This document shows, in pieces, positions 51,909 through 64,000 of a DNA stretch of 64,000 nt; the first letter of the stretch is position 1; each line of letters starts with the position of its first letter. A model generated the notes under the pieces. That model did not search any database. It saw only the letters and a list, made by a program, of their open reading frames with translations, and was not told the DNA's origin. The position numbers and the translations under genes were made by a program. Source of the stretch: Callorhinchus milii (lineage: Eukaryota); assembly GCF_018977255.1 (NCBI RefSeq), contig NW_024704742.1:115322001-115386000 (forward strand), written 5' to 3'.

Positions 51909-52160
51909 AACAACTATACATTTATATAGTGCCTTCCACATCTGGAGGACATTGTAAAGCACTAAAGTGCTGGGGTGGGCAGCTAAGGAGGGGGGAGCAA
52001 AGTGGAACGATGACCAAAAGTGTGGTTGAAAAGAAAAGTCTCAAGGTGAGCTTTAAGGATGGGGAAGGATGAGATGAGGTAGAGGGACTCTGGGATTAAG
52101 TTGCAGAGAACGAGGGCAGAATGACTGAAAGCTCGCCCATTGCTGATAGGCAGGTGCAGG
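51909..52160 (-). mobile_element. L2 3' fragment
   Basis: GRAFSHSA...ILKAHLETFLF and L2 tail. Confidence 0.85.
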
Positions 52161-53499
52161 CCAATGTTCACTGAGGTGCAAATACAGAGCTACTATACTT
52201 TACGGAAAGATTTAAGCGCTATATAAAATGAAATGATTATTAATCTAATATACTTTAAGGGAGTATTTTGCACAGAAATCACTTTGTTTCAAACATGCAA
52301 CATTTGTATACAACAACTAACAGAGTATGTGCTCATGAAAGAGCTCACTCACACAATGCAAAACACATGAAATATTAAACACAATGTAAATAAATAATCC
52401 TTGCATTTCATACAGCATCTATGATGTCGAAATCGGTGAGTCAATGACAAGAGGACAACAATTTAAGATAGCTTGCAAATGACCGAATGGGGAGAATAAA
52501 AGAATGTTTTTAACACAGAGAATAAGGATATGGAATACCCTGTTGTGGAGCAGTGATTGAGGAAAAATCCATATTATTTTCCAAAAAGGAACTTGATAAA
52601 TATCTGAAAAGGAGTAAACCACACATGTATGGGGAAAAGGGCACAATGGGCCAAAGGGCATTCTTCATCTAAACCAAAGTTGTAATCTATTGAAATGCCA
52701 CAAAAGTGCTTTTTCTCATTTACCTCCCAGATAACATCAGAACATCCGGAAGTTCAACAAAGGTAGAATAAATGGGCCTGAATGGAAAATAATTCATGAA
52801 TAATGGAGCTATGAAAGCAAATGAATGTCCTTACCAACGTTTCTGTCTGTTAATGAACAGTTGGAATTCAGCCTATTTTATAATGGAAGAGTAAACAGCA
52901 AGAGGATCTGCCTACCAGAAATAAAAGAACTCCGCAGACAAATTAAACACTAATTGTATCCTTTTGTATAAACACTGCACTCATCAAAGCTAGAGCTGAC
53001 TGTTAAAGAATTAAACCTTTACCATCTAAATAATTGTTGTCAATACAAACTCCTTCAAGACAGGCATGGCATATCTTTAAGCCTAGGTAGCAGTAATGTT
53101 TTACAATTCAGCTCATAGAGAGTTTGTTCTGGTGTTGACAAAATATTTGAATCTCGAGTTTCCTGAACATATGTAACCCAAGAACTGCAGTGTTCAGCGA
53201 CTAAAGCAGAAAAATGAGGATTATGGTCTAAGCAGCTAACTGATATAAATGCTTGTGCCCACTGCTCTTGTTTACTGTGATCCTTGTTACAGTCCAGTAA
53301 TTTGCCCAGCTTCCTGCAACCAAGTTGGCTCAGGATATGACAGAGGTGAAAGAATTCGCCATTTGGTGAAAGAAATTCCTGATTAAATTGCATAATATAC
53401 GACTTTCACCCTCCTTCCTCAGCAACAACCATTATTCATTGTCAGCCAGTGTTAGGTGTCCCTTTAAACGTAAATTGTCCATTTACGTTTAAAGGGACA

Positions 53500-54458
53500 A
53501 TTAGAGCATAACCAATGAGATATGAGCCGGAAGTATAAAAAGGATTCTGGACGGTAATGAATTTTTTTTACACAGTGAGTTGTTACGATCTGGAATGCAC
53601 TACCTGAAAGCATGGGCACTCTCGCGGTTCGTACCTGGGGACCCGCTGTCACAGCACTCGGTGCTGTACGGCCTGTTCCCGGGCACTCACAGCGAAACCC
53701 ACACCACGTGCGGCTGGAGGATTATAAACTGGGTTAAAAGTGGCCCTCCTGCACTCCCCAAACCAGATGTTCCTCTGGCAAAATGAGGAGACGGTGAGGG
53801 CCTGCCTCAGGCTCGCACGCTAGGATCAGGGATTATATACCGAGGGACAAGGTGAAATCTAGCTCAACCACGGCAAAGGCCAGATTGGACCTGACCCTGG
53901 TAGGATCCGCTCCGGCACAAGCCACTCAGGTCCCGAAAATGTGTGTACGGTAAACATGTGTACATACGCACATCGGGGCGCCTTCCGAGAGCAGCAAGTG
54001 TGCCTTATCTGCGTGTGCGCGGGCGCGCACATGGATATAGTGCACACTGGGGCAACTCCTGACTGTGTTAAAGGGAAGTCCCCAAAAAACGTGTCCAAAG
54101 CCTGTGTGCGGGGAAGGAATGTACTGTAAACAATGGAATATTTTTTGTATCGGGAGAAAAGGAAAAATTGTAACAGAAGATGTTGTAAGTTGTGTTTGTT
54201 TTGGATTTCTGTTGTACCAAATATATTTTTGTAAATAAATATATATTTTCAAAATAAAAAGCACTGCTTGAAAACATGGCAGGAGCAAATTCAATAATAT
54301 CTTTCAAAAGGGAATTGGATATTTACTTGAAAAGAAAAGAAAAAAAATTGCAAGGCTATGGGGAAAGAGCAGGGGAGTGGGACTAATTGGGTAGCTCTTT
54401 CAAAAAGCCAGCACGATGGTCCAAATGGCCTCCTTCTGTGCTGTAGGAATCTATGATT
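53500..54458 (+). mobile_element. CR1 3' end, host of an L1/Tx1 insertion
   Basis: TTTTTTACACAG...TGGAATGCACTACC before the insert; GGCTATGGGGAAAGAGCAGG...AATGGCCTCCTTCTGTGCTGT after it. Confidence 0.85.
53616..54260 (+). mobile_element. L1/Tx1-like LINE 3' fragment with TSD
   Basis: SVLYGLFPGTHSETHTTCGWRIINWVK; AATAAA and A-rich end; 19-bp flanking repeat 53597-53615/54261-54279 (3 mismatches). Confidence 0.8.
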
Positions 54459-56704
54459 GTGGATTTATGGTTGGAGTATTGGATTGTTGGGAGCAGAGAT
54501 TAAAGAGTTACTTAATACATCAGTTCTTGTAGATTTCAAATCATTGCAGCCAGAGGCAGAGTTTATTTCATTCATTCTCATCTTTAACCATTTCTTGCTG
54601 GATTAATGTAACATATGAATTTAGCACACGATCTGGCACTGAGCCTATAGAACATGGAAGCCCCAGGTTTGATCTGTGGCTGGTGCTGAGGTAGCTGACT
54701 TCAGTAAGAGTAGAGGTGGACACCACAACTGACATCAAAATCCTTGTGCGGGGAAACAAATCAGCCAGGATCAACTTCCAACTTCATATGGATCAATCTT
54801 ATCAAAACTCAGTGCACTTACAATTGGTGGTTGCATATATTTTATAAGGTCATTAATCATCAATATATGTATCGGTTACTATTCTGCAACCAAATTCATT
54901 TGTCAGCATCCGACTCTGTTACTAACAAAGAACATAAAAAAGACCATTATATACAACTAGTAGATGATGACCAACGAAACAAAGGACTGCATATCCTTTC
55001 TTTGTTTATAAAAGCTTGAAAACAAAGTTACACTTAGCTGTGCCATTCATTTAAACAATTTTCTTTTTGGAGTGGAAACATTGAATACATTTCAATGGTA
55101 TTTTCAGTATAAGGTGCAAATACCATTGAAATCTTCCTAACGACTGGCTGAATGGCTTTCTTCTGTGCTGTAAATTTCTATGGTACCCAATAAATAAAGC
55201 ACAACAACACGTATCAAAATTACATGTGTTTAAGTAGCCTAAGATATCATCAGTCCAAAGCTAGTAGACCTCCACAGCTTCTCTCCACCTTGCCTGTGTT
55301 ATTCTCCAACCTGTGACCATCCCAGACTCCCAAAGGAACATAGTTGTTCCACTGTTCCTTTGGCCAATGTCTTTAAATCTCTCATTTCCCTGCTTGGTGT
55401 GTCCACCATATTTGCCAAGCACTTTGAGACGTTTCTTTCATGTAAAAGGAAACCAAAAGTTGCTGTTGTACAATAAGTGTCCTCAAATTATATCAATCCA
55501 CGATGGAATGCTATGCAGTTCTGGCAACACATTAAATGTTATGATGTTAACATGTGATCTAGATTCAGATAGCGAGAACAAGGGCAATTTTATCTTCCAC
55601 ACCACAGAAATTCCTATATTAGTACATACGTGCCTGGGGGAGGGGGGAACAACGCAGCTCTTATTAAAAAGCTTATTATGCTGCCTTGAATGTGCAAATC
55701 ATCATTTGCAGTGGAAATTCTGATGGCAACTAGTGAAGCAGAAGCAATGCCATAGACAAGATGCTTATTACTTTCCATTATCTAAATGCGTATTAATTAG
55801 ACAAAATGCATCAGTTGGCGCTTTGTAGGTTGGATTAGAGGTTTGTGATTAACATCCTGGTCTACCAATATTTTGTCTTGCAGTATGAATCCCAAATCAA
55901 TGAGTGCTTTAGCCCTAAAGTCAAATTGTGGCCTGAATTATGATAAAATATTCCTTGGATTTGATATTGTTCTATTCACTTCAGGTGGATCTCTCAAAGT
56001 GCTTTAGAGGATCTGCTGTAAAATGTAGTGACTGTGTAATTTGTAGGCAAATACAGCAGCCAATTTGGGCACAGCAATGTCCCACAAACAGCCATGTACT
56101 TGACAATAATAACCTTGAGCTGACAATCTTGGGGCAGTCCTGGGGGGAGTTCTGCATTTTCAGTGGTGCTATCTTTCGAGGTCTTATCTGAACAATCCAC
56201 AACACTATTCGTAAAGAGAAATGAGTTTCTCCCAATTTTGGGGTCAAGAATCCTGCAGAAATTAATCATTCACCTTGTGGCTTTCTATGGGACCATATTT
56301 GTGCAAATAGTGACTGTATTTGCCTACAAAACCAAATCACTATACTTGGAAATAATTACCTGGGAAGACATTTCTTATGCTATAAGGCTCTATAAAAATG
56401 CAAGTTCCTTCTTTCAAGATGTTAAGCAGTGAACTCACAGAATGGAGAGGAGCCTACACATGGATGACAGCGACATCTGTTGCTGTGCCCAACCATTCAT
56501 AAACAACACTAAGAGTTCCTATACATTATTGGGTTCTAAAGCCTATCAAACTGTCACTGCAATAGAATGCTACACATGCAAACATCTGTCTCAACACAGG
56601 GAAGAAAACATTACATCCTTAGGAGGAAACATTTGTTTACTAAGTGCAAATATTTCTGTTTTTTTTAATAATAGTGGGTACAAAAATATTTGCGACCTGT
56701 CATG

Positions 56705-57070
56705 AAAATTTCATGGCAGGATGAGAGAAATTCCTGCTCATGCAGCTCTCCAAGGAGTTGAATCCATCTCGATGAAAATGGAACTCCACTGGCCCGGACG
56801 TGTCACACGCATGAGTGAAGAGCTAGCATCAAAGCAAGTGGTGTTTGTTGATGTGCGAGATGGGGAGTGTGCAAAAAGTGGGCAGAGGGAACAGTTCAAG
56901 GACACCTTGAAACAGTGTGTCTACAAATATGTTATTTTGACTTTGATGTCTGGGGGTATCTGATAATCGTTCATGTACGGTAGTGGGCAGCAATCATACA
57001 TGGAAAGTTTCAAACAGTGGTGCATGAGTGAGCTGGAACACCAAGAGAAATGGCAATATCAAACACAGGA
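56705..57070 (+). mobile_element. RTE-clade LINE ORF C-terminal fragment
   Basis: KISWQD, then LHWPGRVTRMSEELASKQ...GQREQFKDTLK, resembling the RTE LRWAGHVxRM...GGQxKRFKDTLK motif. Confidence 0.8.
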
Positions 57071-57151
57071 GCAGAACCTGGCAACAACCACTCATTTATA
57101 TGACGAAGAGAAAAGATGACTCAGGGGGCACCTAAGAGAGATAAAAAGATA

Positions 57152-57680
57152 ACAGCAACAACAAGATTACATTTGTATAGCGCCTTTCACGTCGGGAGGA
57201 CGTCCCAAGGCGCTGGACAGTCAGGGATCTGGACCTCAGCAGGAGTTTGGGATCGGGGGGGGTAAGGCGAAGGGACTGTGAGACGGAGTTCCAAAGGATG
57301 GGGGCAAAGAGGCTGAAGGCCCAACCGCCGATGGTGGGGTGGCCGGGCTGCGGACGTGGAATAGGCTGGAGCCTGCTGAGCGGAGGGAACAGACAAGTTG
57401 ATAAGGGGTTAGCAGCTCACAGAGGTAGGAAGGAGCAAGGCTTTGGAGGGATTTGAAGGCGAGGAAGAGGATTTTGAACTCTATCCTCTGAGGGATGGGA
57501 GCCAGTGGAGCCGGGCGAGGGTGATGGGTCACGGAGAGGACATGAGCTGCAGAGTGCTGGATGACCTGCGGCTTGTGGAGGGAAGAGTTGAGAAGGCGAG
57601 TAGTTGAGCCTAGATGTAATAAATGCGTGGTTGAGGGTTTCGGCTGCTTGAGGGGAGAGGCAGTGGCAGAGCCGGGCAAT
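57152..57680 (-). mobile_element. L2 3' fragment, same tail subfamily as 1365-1962
   Basis: AETLNHAFITSRLNY, IPQRIEFKILFLAFKSL, identical 3' stem-loop. Confidence 0.95.
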
Positions 57681-58745
57681 GTAAAAAAGTAAATTCAGAA
57701 CAATTTCAGATATGTCAAGCCAGCAGGACAAGGTCGAAGGTGAAGGATAACTTCATGACAACCAGGAAACATGTTCTTACAAATAAATTAATCAACAGCT
57801 GGAACTGGTAACCAGAAAGGGTGAAGAGACCTGATGTGGACTTATTTAATCAATAAATTTAATCATTAACATTTTGTTTTAAATGTGATCACTCAATCCA
57901 TCACTGTTTGTGGGGTACTGCTGTGTGCAATTGGCCTCCGTGTTTCACCCACAAAATATAATATATTCTGTGAACAGCTTTGAGATGACTCAATGACACG
58001 ATAAGGCGCTGTAACAAATGCAAGTATTATTATATTATTTTTATTATAATCAACTTAAGGGGTAGATTGTGAGGTGGTATTCTAGAAGGATGAAATCCAA
58101 TGGATTGAAGGATTTTGTTGTTCTGAAACTCTCTGATGATCTCATGACATATGCAAATAAATGCTTTTTTTTCTCATAAACAGCTCTGAACTCATGATGT
58201 GCACTCAGTCATCTTTGAAATCAACAAGACTACCTATTACAATGGGTATATTAGGGTTAGATCCCAAATGTGAACGGTTGGTAATTTACAACTCCACAGC
58301 ATCACTCAAAACCTTTTGAATATTTTTTTATTCAATATATAAAGAAATGTTGTTGATGTAAAATTGTGAACTTGAACATTACTATTTCCATGTGAAATAC
58401 TGTTTCTGTATCCACCTCTGTAACAGGGTCTATAACACATTGATTGAAAACACTGGTAATGTCTATTACATGCTTTAATGGGAAATTCAATATGTGTCAC
58501 ATAACAAAAATACTGTATTGCGAATGTTAGTGTCTCTTTGTTTGTAACTCTCTGGTGATCTTGCACAGCATGCAATAGATCCTCAGTTTCAGTGAAATTG
58601 TGCATAATTTCTAAGTTCCCATCACGTGGAAAAGACTGTTTGATATGAACATCCTTTTAGGATATATACAGCAGCTGGGTTTGTTTTGAATATTTTTTTG
58701 CCTGCAAATGTTGTAAGTTTTGAAAGTCAAATGGTGAGAGTTTAC

Positions 58746-58835
58746 CTCAGGGCAACAGATTATATCGCCTGATTTAGTCCATGTGGACCAGAGGAGCATT
58801 ACTCTGACTGGCCCACAGCTAACATAGCGAAATTC
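58746..58835 (-). other. Candidate 90-nt internal exon
   Basis: Acceptor CTCTCCCTGTCTCGTGCAG, donor GAG|GTAAAC, frame 0 open (EFRYVSCGPVRVMLLWSTWTKSGDIICCPE). Confidence 0.3.
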
Positions 58836-60279
58836 CTGCACGAGACAGGGAGAGGCTCTGTGTGTTTGCAGTCTGTTGGGATCATTACCCGAGGAGAGGA
58901 GCTGAGCATTGTCTTCGTGACTTATTCAGGAGATAAGTAAGCTGATCACGTCATAGCTCAGAGGACAAAATGGCCCGATCGGTAATAAGACCTCCCTCTT
59001 CTAGATATGGTTTAAACAGGAGAAGAGAATCCTCAGGTCTACATTGTTAGTGCTATGGAAGCAAATGTAAAATAAATTAATACTGAGTAGGGAGCATAAA
59101 GAGCAGAGAAAGAAAAAGAGTTTTAACAGGAATTATGCAGTAAAGGACACGTGTAGAGGTTGTATGTTGGGTTTATGAGTCAGAGCATTGAGGCACAGAA
59201 GTATAGTGCATTTTCTTTCATCAGCCAAGCGTTTGACACATGCAAAAACTCACCACCATATTTAAGAGTATCCAAACCAAACTGAGCATTCCATTCCCCC
59301 CCTACACATGGAAATTCCAGAGATAGATTGTTGGAATGGAATGCAGACTCTCTTCCTGGAGGGATGCATCCTGCCCACCTAATTCTGGTAAGCATTAGGT
59401 GCGGTTTGGCAAGAGCTAAAGCTTGGGGATCCCAGGGGCAGTGCTGGAGTCTAACCAGCTAAAACCGCAAAGCTTGCTATTGAAAGCATTAGTAAGCTTT
59501 CCCACTGCTTGTCCAGCTAGGACCCGACTGTTCGGACGTAGGCTGTAGGGTTAACGGGAGCTGATTGGGAAAGGTCCCTGCCCCCACTGATTGGGAAGAG
59601 AAAACTCACCCTTCCTGAACCCTGAGTCTCAAAGCGCTTCACAGGATATAGTGCGAAGTGGAGTGACTGTAGTTGTACGCAAAATTAGAATGAAAATATA
59701 GAAATGGAAAGATGCACTGAACAATAAAGAGGAAAGCTTTTATAATTGTTTATATCTGGTTTGGAAATGTTTTCTATCAGTAATCATTTAACAACTGATT
59801 TTTCAAAAAAAGTTATTGAAAGCAAATAAAATATTTACATCTTAGAAAGGATTTACAATATATTGGAAAAATTAGAGAAATCTAAAAATAAACAATTGCA
59901 CTCCCACCCACTTCCCATCAGTGAGTAAATGCACCCTGTAGTGTGTTAATGAGCAGTACAGACCTGGAAGGCCCCAGTTCTGGTCTACGTGAGATAGCTG
60001 ATCTCAGTTGGGGAGCCACAAATTAGCTTCAGTAGCTCCAAGCTTGTGATGGGAAAAATCAGCCAGAGTTCTCACTTGTGTTCATTATGACACTGTCTAG
60101 AAAAGTCTGCAATACTAATGTCAAGAGACGACTGAATCACATTCAAATTGTCTATCGACTCTCAGTTTGCGGCCAGGCTCACACAAGTTGAATGACTATG
60201 GTAGTAATATTAACCTTTGCATTTGATATAGAGCCTTATCATCATACTGTCAATGACCAATTTTATACGGAGGATTCTT

Positions 60280-60955
60280 AATAGTAATAATAATAATAAT
60301 AATCCTTGCATTTGATATAACGCCTTATCACAGCATCAGGTTACCTCAAAATGCTTCATAGGATTATACTGTAAAGTAGTGTGATTGTGTATTTTATGGG
60401 CAAAATGTGGCAGCCAGTTGCACGTACAAAGGTTGAGAACAACAGCTTTTAATTAATACTGTTGCATACAGCAATGTCCCACAAACAGCCAAGGAGTGAG
60501 TGACCAGTTTTATTTGGGGGATTCTCAGCAGGTCAGGTGGCATCTATGGAGAGAGGAAAGTGAATTAATGTTTCAGGTCGATGACCATTCGTCTGAGTTC
60601 TGACGAAAGGTCATTGATTTGAAACGCTAAATCATTTTCCTCTCTGCGTAGATGCTGCCTGACCTTCCGAGTGATCCCAGCAACTTCTGTTTTTATTTCA
60701 GATTTCCAGCATCTGCAGTATTTTGCCTTTTATTTGGGCAATTGTTGGCCATGAGAAACTTCCTTTTCTTTCTGAATAATGCCATGGGATCTTTAACATC
60801 CACCTGAACAGACAGGCAGGGCTTCAGTTTAAAGTCTTAGCTGCACTGCATTGGAGTGTCAGCTTAGACTATGTGAGTTCAAGTCTTGACTTGGGGCTTG
60901 AAACCACAACCTTCGGACTCAGAGAAGGGAGTGCTATCACAGAGCCAAGCTGATG
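60280..60955 (-). mobile_element. Older Deu-domain SINE split by a Penelope-like insertion
   Basis: Tail and core at 60280-60523; Deu block and head at 60728-60955. Confidence 0.85.
60524..60727. mobile_element. Penelope-like palindromic repeat containing a minimal hammerhead ribozyme core
   Basis: About 70-bp inverted arms centred near 60597; CTGACGA 60600-60606, helix II, GAAA 60621-60624; 16-bp TSD 60508-60523/60728-60743 (2 mismatches). Confidence 0.75.
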
Positions 60956-61294
60956 CCCAAGGTGGATGAGTAGCTTCTTGGTCAGGATACTGGGAAAAAA
61001 TGAATTCTCTATTCGAAAAGTGCTATGGGATTTTTAATGTCCACATGAACAGGCAGATGGGGTTTCAGTTTTAAGACCTCATCCAAATGATGACATATCT
61101 AACAAAGCAGCGTTCCCACCTCACTACATTGGAGTGTCAGCCTAGACTGTGAGGTCAAAATCCTGATCATTGGTTGGGGTAACAGAGGCCTATTAGCACC
61201 TGCGCAGTTTCATCCAAGGAGAATCAGCGCCTTGGGACATCCTCCCGACGTGAAAGGCGCTACATAAATGTAATTTTGTTGTTATTATTATTAT

Positions 61295-61954
61295 AAAAGC
61301 GATCCGCGAATCGACTAACAACCAAGTTCCTACTTACTGATAAATAAATCCTTGTGGAGTAAGGAAACTTGCCTGAGGTTTCTCCCTGCCTAGGAATTGA
61401 ACAACAACAACTTGGATTTATATCGTGCCCTCCACGCTGGACAGTAACGGATCCCAGGGCCGAGCCAGGGGGAGGGGGAGGAAGGTGACCAAAGGCGCGG
61501 TCGAAAAGCAAGGTCTTCAGCAAAGACCTGAAAGTAGGAAGAGAGGAGGCGAGTCGAAGGGAGTGAGGAAGGGAGTTCCAGAACCTCGGGGCATAGTGGC
61601 TGAAGGCACGGCTGCTGAGGGTGGAGCGGAGGACTTGGGGGACAAGGAGGAGGCCAGACCCGGAGGAACGAAGGCAACGGCCACTGTTTTGAGGAGAGAG
61701 GAGGTTGGAGAGGTAAGGGTGTGCAGAGGAGTGGAGGGATTTGAAGACAAGGGTGAGGATCTTGAAGTCGATCCTCTCTGGGATAGGCAGCCAGTGCAGT
61801 TTGGCAAGGACTGGGATAATCGGAGAGCGGAGTTTGGTGCGGGTGAGAATGCGGGCGGCAAGAGTTTTGAATAATCTGGATTTTATGGATAGTAGTGAAC
61901 CTAGGTCTTCTCGCTTGCGAGGCGAATGCTCCAACCAATACACTACAGGACTCC
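61295..61954 (-). mobile_element. Young SINE (long variant) 5' half, split by L2
   Basis: Head at 61896-61954; continuation at 61295-61402. Confidence 0.85.
61403..61895 (-). mobile_element. L2 3' fragment (second tail type)
   Basis: AARILTRTKLRSPIIPVLAKLHWLPIPERIDFKIL...RAFSHYAPRFWNSLP...LKTLLF. Confidence 0.95.
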
Positions 61955-63770
61955 ACGCAAAGTTCTACACAGAGCGGCACACATGGTGAACCTGTTCACA
62001 ATATCATCAAAGCAATATAGTAGTTTTTGATCAAACTGAATAGCATCAGCATTTTTACATTTGTTCCACAGATTTGAATATAAAAAAGCTGAACAAATAC
62101 GTGGAGCAAGGGAAAAAATGTTTTTAAACAAGTGGACAAAAAAAACTTTACCTTAAAAATGAAATTGTTCAAAATATCTCAACGCTGAAAGGGAATTAAA
62201 GCTCTCGGTTTTAACTCATCTACATTGTGGAGCATGTTGAAAGAAAAATGGTGGAAATTGAAAATAAGATGGTAGAGATACCGCAGAAAATCATGAACGG
62301 GAAGGTCTTCTTTTGCAAAGAACTGGGTATTGAAAGAAAGAAACAGCTTTGATGGAACTGACAATGATTTGAATCCAATATACTCCACAATCCTCCTGTG
62401 AGTGGCCCTCACAGCACCATCAAACAAGACCTTATGTTTAAACCAGAAGTGCATTGTCTGACTGGAGCAGTTGCGGAGGCTGCACTCATTGTTTGAGGTG
62501 CATATGTGTGTCCATATGGAGAGCGCTGTGCCCTCAGAGGCTGCAGCTGTAGTCTTTCCCTGTGACACCTGTGGGCCACAATAGAGCAGTGGGTGAGGTG
62601 GGGGAGGAGGCAGAGTTACAGATGATATCCTTCAAAGCAGGAAGTGATCCCAGATAAACAATGCAGTGCTGAACAGCACAGCAACAAAGCTGCATTGCTG
62701 GAGTGGAGCCTCTTATTACAGAAAAAGAAACAAAGCAACACACGGACATTGATTCCGAAACGATTAATGGTTTTGATACTGATTTAGGGCTGTGAAATCT
62801 TTAGAAATTTTCTGTCGTGCTTAGAGGAATAGATAGCGTTCTTCACCTGATGCAGTCTAATTGATGTTAGTATTGAAAAATATAGCTTTCCCTTGCTGCT
62901 CTGTTATGATGTGTCTTTAACTGGGTTTTAGCATGATCTCTTGCTCAATAGGTGCTTAAATCAGGTGGCTGCTTCAGACACTGTTAAGGGTCTTTGCTCC
63001 AAATATGAAGTCATATTATATTTCAGACTTCAGTGCTCCCCCAACCCCCACAAATCTTTTGAATAATTCAATTTAAATGTTCGGAAATAATAGAAGTCTG
63101 AACGCTCCTGACTCAGACAATGATATAAATTTATCAGAGACCAAGGGCCGGATTTCCATCTTTAAAACGGGAGGAAAGAATAATGATTATTAATAATAGT
63201 AATAATTATAATAATAATCTTGCTTTTTTTAATATCCCATGTCTGAGATAGAAGGAGGTTGGTAATCGATCCGATGGATGAACCTGAAAGATGTGCTCTG
63301 TTATTGGACTTTCCTGGCTGGCATTCACTGACAAATTACACAGTCACTACACTCGACAGTGTATCCTGTGAAGCGCTTTGAGATGTTTTCTTGACATGAA
63401 AGGCATTACATTAAATGTAGGATTATTATAAATCAAACCATGGGGTCAAATTTGCGGTATTTCTTAACTTTTCTAAGGAACATTTTATGGAATACCAGCA
63501 GGTGGGTAAGAGCTTTGGTTCTGGCACCACCATTTTCTGGACTCTGATGTGAATAATTTTACAGTGTAAATTGCAGGCGCTACATCAAGCTCTAGGTTCC
63601 ATGTTTTGTTTAGTTTTGCTTTCCCAAGATTGATCTATCAAGGAAGCCTGAAAGTCTAGGCCAAAAGAATGTACTTTTACCAATTGGCCCGGAAGCTTTA
63701 ATCTTAACCCACATGATGACTACAGGATGCATCTTAGCATTATGTGAGCATGGATTTCAGCCTTCTAGGG

Positions 63771-63802
<32 letters not shown>

Positions 63803-64000
63803 CCTTGCATTTGATATAGCGCTTTTCACGTCGGGAGGACGTCCCAAAGTGCTTCACAGAACACACTGTAAAGTGAATTGACTGTATATTTGTGGGCGAA
63901 CGCGGCAGCCAATTGCGCACAGCAAATTCCCACAAACAGTCGTAGATTGAAAATGACCAATTTATTTTTGTTTTTGGAGGGATTATTATTAGGCGTGTGG
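63771..64000 (-). mobile_element. Young SINE with L2-matching stem-loop, runs off the window end
   Basis: Close reverse complement of 14421-14677; (AAT)n tail. Confidence 0.92.

Noticed and set aside
53616..54110. CpG-island promoter
   Set aside because: The CpG richness lies entirely inside the TSD-bounded LINE insertion
62179..62568. 129-aa minus-strand ORF as a gene
   Set aside because: Non-ATG start in the track, no recognisable homology, no supporting exon chain
1..64000. CRISPR array or prokaryotic defence system
   Set aside because: Repeats are dispersed retroposons, not regularly spaced repeats; no operons or gene-dense regions

Overview
Eukaryotic, AT-rich, repeat-dense non-coding DNA. 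The repeat content (tRNA-headed Deu-domain SINEs with L2-type tails, L2, CR1, RTE and L1/Tx1 LINE fragments, a hammerhead-bearing Penelope-like repeat) points to a cartilaginous fish, possibly a holocephalan such as elephant shark; that is inference. There are no prokaryotic genes, CRISPR arrays, rRNA or convincing true tRNA genes. Most ORF-track entries are read-throughs of SINEs, LINEs or microsatellites. I could not identify any host protein-coding gene, although several minus-strand segments have plausible splice sites and open frames (0.9-10 kb, 39.4 kb, 53 kb, 58.8 kb). The notable items are: a palindromic insertion with a minimal hammerhead core and target-site duplication (60.5 kb); a SINE subfamily whose 3' stem-loop matches one resident L2 subfamily; several resolvable nested insertions; and two long palindromic elements (30.5 kb, 44.5 kb). 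I do not see evidence for a wholly new multi-gene system. Repeat boundaries were read by eye and are approximate unless a TSD is quoted. Family names come from recalled consensus motifs and need a Dfam/Repbase check.
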